From the NCBI GenBank assembly GCA_001769295.1, contig MEOR01000127.1:31694-95693 (forward strand): 64,000 nucleotides of DNA, written 5' to 3'. The notes under the pieces were generated by a model that saw only the letters and a program-made list of their open reading frames with translations, did not search any database and was not told the origin of the DNA. Of this stretch, positions 57,964 to 64,000 are shown one piece after another. Made by a program: the position numbers and the translations under genes. Origin of the DNA: Bacteroidetes bacterium GWF2_49_14. Lineage in GTDB: Bacteria > Bacteroidota > Bacteroidia > Bacteroidales > UBA12481. Within the stretch, counting starts at the first letter, position 1; the number at the start of each line of letters is the position of its first letter.

Positions 57964-59035
57964 ATTTTAACAGGTACCTGAGTGAGATCAGGTTTGAATA
58001 GCCAGCCAGTGAAATATCGCTAAAACCATTGATGGCATAGTCAATATAAAAGCTCCGGTACTGTACTCCGAGGCCAAGCGCCGGCCTCAGGTTAAGGTTA
58101 TCCTTTCCGTTAAGACCCGGCACCCATTGAAAGCCACCAACACCGGTCCGGACAAAGAGCCAGTCATTGTAGCGAAATTCGGCCCCGACGAAAGGATCAA
58201 TGCCCACGGGTCCAACCGGAAGAAGTACATGCCGCCTTCCGTCAAAAGTGAGATGCAGATCGACAGCCGGTACGATCTTAATTTTTTCACTAAGGGTAAA
58301 ATTGCGGGATACCGCAAGGATAGCACGCGGGAGGGTAATCTCCAGACTATTTTCCGGTAATTCATTACCGGTTAGCTCGAAAGCCTCCCGGAGAAGGTCC
58401 TGGTCAAAGCTCCAGGCATTAAAAGTTCCGGTAACATCGCGAATCACGGCTGAAAAGTTCCATCCGGAAATATGATAATTGGCGGCAGCATCGAGGCCGA
58501 ATCCCCAGGCCTTAGCAAAATCACCGGTATGACGGTAAATAATTTTCACGGTTCCGCCGAGGGTAAGCCCGGTAATTTTTGTTTTACGGGCATAAGAAGC
58601 CAGTATCCCTAGATCAGCTGAGGAGAACGATGATATCCGGTCATAGCGGATGTTTCCGTCGGCATCGATCAGTTCCAGGGTGTTAGGGATGTCATCCACT
58701 GCAAATCGTACTACAGAAAGTCCAACCACGCTATTGGGATCAAGCCGGTATGCGGCGCCGCCAAAATCGTACTTGGCCAGTCCTGCAAAGTATTCAGAGT
58801 GCATCAGGCCCACATCAAGCTTTCCGTCGATATTCATCATCCCGGAGGGGTTCCAGTACCCTGAACTATAATCATCAACAAAGGCGGTTCCGGCCCCCCC
58901 CATTCCCATGATCCGTGCTCCGGCTCCAATAGTCAGGAACTCATTGGAATACTTAACCTGCCCCAGAACAGGTACGGTAAAAAGTAAGGATAAAGCTAAC
59001 GCGTAAAGGGTGGTTCTCATTACTATTTTCCTCAT
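57962..59035 (-). CDS. outer-membrane beta-barrel protein of the PorV/PorQ (FadL-like, UPF0164-type) family, possible T9SS component
   Basis: 357 aa. Signal peptide, then FLTIGAGARIMGMGGAGTAFVDDYSSGYWNPSGM, resembling the ARxxGMGxA...NPA motif recalled for PorV/PorQ. Beta-strand periodicity and an aromatic C-terminal region. Confidence 0.5.
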   Translation of the reverse strand: MRKIVMRTTLYALALSLLFTVPVLGQVKYSNEFLTIGAGARIMGMGGAGTAFVDDYSSGYWNPSGMMNIDGKLDVGLMHSEYFAGLAKYDFGGAAYRLDPNSVVGLSVVRFAVDDIPNTLELIDADGNIRYDRISSFSSADLGILASYARKTKITGLTLGGTVKIIYRHTGDFAKAWGFGLDAAANYHISGWNFSAVIRDVTGTFNAWSFDQDLLREAFELTGNELPENSLEITLPRAILAVSRNFTLSEKIKIVPAVDLHLTFDGRRHVLLPVGPVGIDPFVGAEFRYNDWLFVRTGVGGFQWVPGLNGKDNLNLRPALGLGVQYRSFYIDYAINGFSDISLAGYSNLISLRYLLK

Positions 59036-59126
59036 TCGGTTCCGAAGTTAAGTAAACTAACTTTTCTAACTATTTTTATTCCGATTTATTGCCCGGCATT
59101 TTGCCTGCGCAGTTGAAAAGGAACAC

Positions 59127-59867
59127 ATGAAACACATCCCGAACATCATCACGCTGCTCAATCTTTTGAGCGGATCTCTGGCCGTAGTTTTTGCCTTGCA
59201 GGGTTATCCCGCTTTTGCCTCAGTTTTGGTGATGGCCGGGTTCCTATTTGATTTTCTGGATGGATTCTCAGCCCGTTTGCTGAAGGTCCAGTCAGCCATC
59301 GGCAAAGAGCTCGATTCTCTGGCAGACGTGATAACCTTTGGGCTGGCTCCGGCAGCGATCCTTTTTGGAATTCAACTGGAGCTGGCAGGGGGGGCCGGGT
59401 TTTCAGCAGATAAACCACTTGGCATAATCCTTATCAGCCTGATTCCGTTTCTGCTGCCGGTTTTTGCAGGGCTACGGCTTGCCATGTTCAATATTGATGA
59501 GCGGCAGACCACGCGGTTTATCGGTCTTCCAACACCGGCCAACGGGATTATGGTGCTTGCACTGCCTTTGGTAATGAAATTCCAGCCCGACTCCTTTCTG
59601 GTCAGTTGGCTTGAATCCGGCTTTTTTATCCCGGCCTATTCAATACTTGTCTCCTGGTTAATGGTTAGCCCGGTCAGATTGTTTTCACTGAAAATAAAAG
59701 GATTAAAATGGGTCGACAACCGTTTTACCTTCCTTTTTCTTGCGATCGCCCTAATCCTGATCCTGGTGCTCGGATATACCGGCATATTTCTTACGATACC
59801 GTGCTACATCCTGTATGCCGGCGTTCTCGATACGATAGAGACCAGAAGGCACTCCTCAATACACTAA
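59127..59867 (+). CDS. pssA: CDP-diacylglycerol--serine O-phosphatidyltransferase (CDP-alcohol phosphatidyltransferase family)
   Basis: 246 aa. Motif DFLDGFSARLLKVQSAIGKELDSLAD = D(x)2DG(x)2AR(x)8G(x)3D(x)3D. Confidence 0.85.
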   Translation: MKHIPNIITLLNLLSGSLAVVFALQGYPAFASVLVMAGFLFDFLDGFSARLLKVQSAIGKELDSLADVITFGLAPAAILFGIQLELAGGAGFSADKPLGIILISLIPFLLPVFAGLRLAMFNIDERQTTRFIGLPTPANGIMVLALPLVMKFQPDSFLVSWLESGFFIPAYSILVSWLMVSPVRLFSLKIKGLKWVDNRFTFLFLAIALILILVLGYTGIFLTIPCYILYAGVLDTIETRRHSSIH

Positions 59868-59989
59868 GCCTCATCATCCTTTTCAGGAAGATGTTCCTCA
59901 AAACGCTTAAGTGCAAAACGTATCAGGTAATAGGATACTATTATGAGGAGCGGCCATGTGAGGAGCCAGAGGATTTCTTTGAGATACAT
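59864..59989 (-). CDS. 41-aa single-TM ORF downstream of cydB (candidate cytochrome bd small subunit)
   Basis: Hand translation of minus strand (CAT 59987-59989 to CTA 59864-59866): MYLKEILWLLTWPLLIIVSYYLIRFALKRFEEHLPEKDDEA. Same strand as cydB, 33 nt after its stop. Below the track cut-off. Confidence 0.45.
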   Translation of the reverse strand: MYLKEILWLLTWPLLIIVSYYLIRFALKRFEEHLPEKDDEA

Positions 59990-60003
59990 ACTATTTAGGT
60001 TTT

Positions 60004-60024
60004 ACGATTGACGATTGACGATTT
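60004..60024. repeat. 7-nt tandem repeat ACGATTG ACGATTG ACGATTT
   Basis: Read directly. The third unit overlaps the cydB stop codon (plus-strand TTA 60023-60025). Confidence 0.8.
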
Positions 60025-61153
60025 AGTAGACGTGATCTTCAGTGGTTATTTCATCGCGGGTAAGCTTTTTCTTGTTCATCGCTCTCCAGGTATACCAGAT
60101 GTAGGCGATCACAAAAGGAACCAACAGGGAAACATAAGACATTGCCGTGAGTGTGAATTTACTGGAAGAGGCATTCACGATGGTGAGTGATGACTGGAGG
60201 CTGGATGTTGAAGGGTAAAATGATGTATTGTTGAGTCCGGCGATCAGAAAGAGGCTGAATACAGTCAGGATAGTTCCGGGACCCGCAAACCAGATTCCAT
60301 TAGTTTTGGATGCAAGTACCGCGGCACCCATGCCGTAAAGCACGCCAACCACACCGATTAACAGCAATGCCAATACGACTGGCATTTCCATGAAATTATG
60401 AAAGTACTTGCCTTTTTCCATAAAGACCTCACCAGTATCAGGATTGACAGCAAAGCCATCAAGGAACATCAGCCGGATCAGGAAGAACAGAAAGAAGACC
60501 AGGAATGGAATGGCATTGATGAGCACATGTCTTTTTGAACGGGTCAGGATTGTTGATTCATCAATGTTATTCATGAAATAGAGGCTTGCCAGGACCCGGG
60601 CGAGAAAAAAGACTGATAAGCCCAGTGCGAGATTCTGGATATTCAATACTGCCTCCAGTCCTCTTGCAGGGCCATCCCAGGTAACCTGGTTCATCTCATT
60701 CAGTGTGAATTGCGAGCCGGTAAAGAAAGTTCCGACGGCGGTGCCGATCAGAACCGTACCGAACAGCCCATTGATAAAAAGGAAAGCCTCGTAGGTATTC
60801 TTGCCCAGGAAGTTACCCGCTTTGGACCGGAACTCATAGGAAACGGCCTGGATTACGAAAGCAAAAAGGATCAGGATCCAAACCCAGTAGGCACCACCGA
60901 AACTCGATGCATAAAACAGGGGGAAAGAAGCGAATAATGCCCCTCCGAAGGTAACCAGGGTGGTGAAGGTGAACTCCCATTTCCTCCCAAGGGAATTAAC
61001 CAACATGGTTCTTTCCAAGTCGTTCTTACCTAAATGCCTTATCAGGGTCTGCCCCCCCTGAACAAACATCAGAAACACCAGGATACTTCCCAGGACAGAA
61101 ATAATGATCCACCAGTATTGCTGCAAGGCCAGATGCGATAGAGATTCGAACAT
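60023..61153 (-). CDS. cydB: cytochrome bd ubiquinol oxidase subunit II
   Basis: 376 aa polytopic. MFESLSHLALQQYWWIIISVLG.... Start overlaps the cydA stop. Confidence 0.9.
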   Translation of the reverse strand: MFESLSHLALQQYWWIIISVLGSILVFLMFVQGGQTLIRHLGKNDLERTMLVNSLGRKWEFTFTTLVTFGGALFASFPLFYASSFGGAYWVWILILFAFVIQAVSYEFRSKAGNFLGKNTYEAFLFINGLFGTVLIGTAVGTFFTGSQFTLNEMNQVTWDGPARGLEAVLNIQNLALGLSVFFLARVLASLYFMNNIDESTILTRSKRHVLINAIPFLVFFLFFLIRLMFLDGFAVNPDTGEVFMEKGKYFHNFMEMPVVLALLLIGVVGVLYGMGAAVLASKTNGIWFAGPGTILTVFSLFLIAGLNNTSFYPSTSSLQSSLTIVNASSSKFTLTAMSYVSLLVPFVIAYIWYTWRAMNKKKLTRDEITTEDHVY

Positions 61154-62715
61154 TATTTGGTTCCTCCGTGATTTTTGGGTCCGTTCTTGATTGCCTTAAG
61201 CATGATGCTGACCTCAGCTATCGCGAGTACGGTGAATGTCACTGCAAACAGTGCAAATGTCACCATTACAGCGCCAGCATCAATTTTCGTAACTGCTGCC
61301 ACGGTGGGCAGGAGATCCTGGATTGTCCAGGGTTGCCGGCCCACTTCGGCCACAATCCATCCCGACTGTGATGCGATATAGGCCAAGGGGATAAGCCAGG
61401 GAGCAATCCTGAGCCAAAATTTCCGTTGCGGAAGTTCGCCTCTGGCCTGGAAAAACAGGATCAATGCGAAGAATACCATAAAACCAAACCCCAGAATGAC
61501 CATGATATGAAAGCTGTAAAAGGTCAGGGGGACATTGGGAATATAGTAATTCACATCATCTACGAAACCATATCCGAAATACTTAAAATAGGTATCCAGG
61601 AACACCTGGTCCTTGAACACCAGCTTCAGGCTATCGGATTTGACGATATTGCCGGCAGCGCGTGCATTTTTATACTCGGTTAGTGTTCCTCTGGCGACTT
61701 TTCCCCGTTGGATTTTTTCACCGGTTGAAAGGATTCCCTGGCCTGGATTTCCATTCTTGAAATCGTTTATCCCGGCCACAAATTGATCCGGATCGCCATA
61801 GGCCATCCAGGAAAGGAGTTTTGGCATCTCAAGCTTTACAGCAAATACATCACCTGATTCACGCTTCTCCTTACTGTTGAGAATTCCGATCGCGACGAGT
61901 CCGGCTCCTTCAGTTCCATCATACAAGCCCTCCATTGCAGCCAGTTTCAGGGGCTGGACCTTTGCGATCTGTTTTGCAGACCCGTCTCCTGACAGCGCAA
62001 CAAAGACCGAAGAGAGCAACCCGAATATGGCGGCTATGGTTATGCTTCGGAGTGCAAGCCTGGTTTCCCGTTTCCGTAAAAGGAACCAGGCGCTGACCCC
62101 GATTACGAATATCGCAGCCAGGACCATTCCTGAGGTGATGGTATGGAGGAATTTATTAATGGCCACCGGGGAAAACAGGACATCCCAGAAGTTTGTCATC
62201 TCATTTCGGGCCGTCTCAGGGTTGAAGGAGGTGCCCACAGGGCTCTGCATCCAGGCATTCGCAACCAGTATCCACAGTGCTGACAGGTTTGCTCCTATTG
62301 CTACAAGCCAGGTGGAGACCAAATGGAACTTTTTGCTAACCTTATTCCATCCAAAGAACATAATGGCAATAAAGGTTGATTCCATAAAGAAGGCCATAAT
62401 ACCCTCAATGGCCAATGGTGCACCGAAAATATCACCGACGAACCATGAATAGTTTGACCAGTTTGTGCCGAACTCGAACTCCATTATGATTCCCGTAGCC
62501 ACTCCGATGGCAAAATTGATTCCGAAGAGTTTCATCCAGAATTGAGTCAACTTTTTCCATTCCGGATCACCGGTTCTTACGTAAATGGTCTCCATCATGG
62601 CGATCATCCAGGTAATTCCAAGAGTGAGGGGCACAAACAGCCAATGGTACATAGCTGTCAGTGCAAACTGGGCCCTTGACCAATCGACCAGTGACCAGTC
62701 AATAGATTGTATCAT
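61153..62715 (-). CDS. cydA: cytochrome bd ubiquinol oxidase subunit I
   Basis: 520 aa. RAQFALTAMYHWLFVPLTLG, Q-loop region, GWIVAEVGRQPW signature. Confidence 0.95.
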   Translation of the reverse strand: MIQSIDWSLVDWSRAQFALTAMYHWLFVPLTLGITWMIAMMETIYVRTGDPEWKKLTQFWMKLFGINFAIGVATGIIMEFEFGTNWSNYSWFVGDIFGAPLAIEGIMAFFMESTFIAIMFFGWNKVSKKFHLVSTWLVAIGANLSALWILVANAWMQSPVGTSFNPETARNEMTNFWDVLFSPVAINKFLHTITSGMVLAAIFVIGVSAWFLLRKRETRLALRSITIAAIFGLLSSVFVALSGDGSAKQIAKVQPLKLAAMEGLYDGTEGAGLVAIGILNSKEKRESGDVFAVKLEMPKLLSWMAYGDPDQFVAGINDFKNGNPGQGILSTGEKIQRGKVARGTLTEYKNARAAGNIVKSDSLKLVFKDQVFLDTYFKYFGYGFVDDVNYYIPNVPLTFYSFHIMVILGFGFMVFFALILFFQARGELPQRKFWLRIAPWLIPLAYIASQSGWIVAEVGRQPWTIQDLLPTVAAVTKIDAGAVMVTFALFAVTFTVLAIAEVSIMLKAIKNGPKNHGGTK

Positions 62716-62966
62716 AGTTTAGAGTTTAGTTCAGAGGTTACCGAAACCGAAGTTGTTAAATTTTCCAATACATGGCGTGACCGTTCATTATCAGTCTTGT
62801 AATCCTTTTTTAAAATATCGGGCATAAAGAATACCCTGATAATTGCGAAGAGGATGAAAAGTTTGATCAGTATAATGATCCAAATGCTCCTTCCCCAGGA
62901 CGAAAGATTACTGAATCCGTCAAAATAAAACCGGAATATTCGTTTGAATGGGGTTAGAATTTTCAC
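62712..62966 (-). CDS. small membrane protein, DUF4492-like, first gene of the cyd operon
   Basis: 84 aa. One TM (SIWIIILIKLFILFAIIRVFF). Stop overlaps the cydA start (ATGA). I recall DUF4492 genes preceding cydA in Bacteroidota. Confidence 0.6.
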   Translation of the reverse strand: MKILTPFKRIFRFYFDGFSNLSSWGRSIWIIILIKLFILFAIIRVFFMPDILKKDYKTDNERSRHVLENLTTSVSVTSELNSKL

Positions 62967-63016
62967 GTTAGCTGGTTGAAATTTCGTTGCTGAAATTACA
63001 AATTTTTCAAGGTATC

Positions 63017-64000
63017 CTATTTCAAACTAAGCTTGACCACACCTTTTAATGCATCCCCGGTCTTCAGTGGCTTTCGTTCCTTCTCATGGTGACCCGAGAA
63101 AAACAGATCCCCACCTCCTGTAAAGAATGTGGCAACCAGCATATATACACTCTGATTGTCAACCCAACAGCGAACTGCATCTTTTCCGTCTGAAACGACC
63201 AGAAGACCATGATTTTCGCTATTTTTCAGTTCGGCCCACCAGATATTTTCCCGGGTGGCTTTAAAATCATTTGATCCCATAGAATTAAAATCTGAGGACC
63301 AGGGCCAGGAGGGTTGCACTCCAAAATGAAACTGCCCTTTGCCCTGAGCAGGGAATGGAACTGCGGTTCCGGCCTGACGGCCGATATGGTCATCCGGGTA
63401 AATTGTCCACTGGGCTTCTCTTTCCCATGCCAGTTTTCTGAATTCCCCGGGCAGGGTGAAGACAAGCCCCACCTGTCGGGGATTAATATCAATTTTTGAT
63501 TTTAATGTGTACTCAACACAAGCCACGCCGGTATTATCAAAAGTCCAGGTCAGCTCCAAATCGGCCTGGTCATATGAAAATGCTGTCGTCAGCACCACCT
63601 TTCCCTTATCCTTACCAGTCCCTGTAAGTTTTCCCCTGCCATTTGAGCACAAGTCATTCAGCGGTTGGATATCCAGTTTATAATCAGTAACACAGGGGCC
63701 TGAGGTGAGCGGGAGCATCTGCAAATCAGGATTACCCGCGAGGATAAGCTGGCCGGGTTTTCCAGCTTCGATTAACTCTCCGCTTTTAGCACTAAAAACC
63801 CACTCAAACCCTCCCGACGTGACGACTACCCGGTCTCCCTGTATAAGGAGTTCCGGTTCTTCGCCTGGGGAGGAAACCTTTCGGGCTGGAGATTGCCTTG
63901 GCCCGAATCGTATCAGGTAGCTGTCGACCAAATATTTTTGCGGCGAGTAAATGGTTATCTCCAGGAAATCACCGGATTCCGGCTGCGATTTCGGATTAAT
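63017..64000 (-). CDS. C-terminal part of a large glycoside hydrolase, probably GH2 beta-galactosidase (Bgal small-chain / domain-5-like); gene continues past the right edge
   Basis: The minus-strand frame stays open beyond the track's TTG at 63931, up to base 64000 (..INPKSQPESGDFLEITIYSPQKYLVDSYLIRFGP..). WEREAQWTIYPDDHIGRQAG and the overall pattern resemble LacZ domain 5. Confidence 0.5.
   Translation of the reverse strand: MNPKSQPESGDFLEITIYSPQKYLVDSYLIRFGPRQSPARKVSSPGEEPELLIQGDRVVVTSGGFEWVFSAKSGELIEAGKPGQLILAGNPDLQMLPLTSGPCVTDYKLDIQPLNDLCSNGRGKLTGTGKDKGKVVLTTAFSYDQADLELTWTFDNTGVACVEYTLKSKIDINPRQVGLVFTLPGEFRKLAWEREAQWTIYPDDHIGRQAGTAVPFPAQGKGQFHFGVQPSWPWSSDFNSMGSNDFKATRENIWWAELKNSENHGLLVVSDGKDAVRCWVDNQSVYMLVATFFTGGGDLFFSGHHEKERKPLKTGDALKGVVKLSLK

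Noticed and set aside
61877-62452. 191-aa plus-strand ORF
   Set aside because: It is antisense to cydA, a shadow frame.
1-64000. Search for tRNA, rRNA, CRISPR repeats, IS elements, integrases or phage genes
   Set aside because: None were seen. No intergenic region contains tRNA-like T-arm motifs or spaced direct repeats, and no ORF resembles a transposase or recombinase. This is a by-eye negative only; tRNAscan, Infernal or ISfinder would be needed to be definitive.

Overview
This 64-kb window is a chromosomal segment of a Bacteroidota-type genome. The lineage call rests on TAnnTTTG -7 promoter boxes close to start codons, no systematic Shine-Dalgarno use, GldD, a T9SS type-B sorting-domain protein, a PorV/PorQ-like barrel, and the DUF4290-murA and DUF4492-cydAB arrangements. 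Most of the window is core housekeeping. It holds the complete str/S10/spc/alpha ribosomal supercluster (rpsL to rplQ, minus strand, 15.5-33.3 kb, including fusA, secY, map, infA, rpmJ and rpoA). Other core genes are tkt, ychF, ssb, hup, rng, dsbD, a UbiD-family decarboxylase, uvrD/pcrA, murA, grpE-dnaJ, coaD, pyrE, birA, rsfS and ftsH. A phosphatidylethanolamine pathway cluster (cdsA, psd, pssA) and a cytochrome bd operon are also present. Both window edges cut genes: an ECF sigma factor on the left and a probable GH2 beta-galactosidase C-terminus on the right. I found no rRNA, tRNA, CRISPR array, transposase, integrase or phage gene, and no convincing multi-gene defence or novel system. The least ordinary part is a small accessory patch at 33.4-40.6 kb between the rpsL promoter and uvrD. 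It contains an orphan secreted protein, a membrane-anchored TPR-CHAT protease, a stand-alone EF-G paralog with a degenerate GTPase centre, and a T9SS cargo protein. Three conserved-looking ORFs fall below the ORF-track size cut-off: L36, a bS22/mS38-like 30-aa peptide, and a 41-aa single-TM ORF after cydB. Other points of interest are a G-rich octamer tandem repeat in the birA/rsfS divergent region, a Cys-rich Lys/Ala-rich secreted mini-protein, and an HTH-less sigma-54 activator abutting an ABC-2 exporter. All functional calls come from by-eye motif and family recognition; no database search was run.
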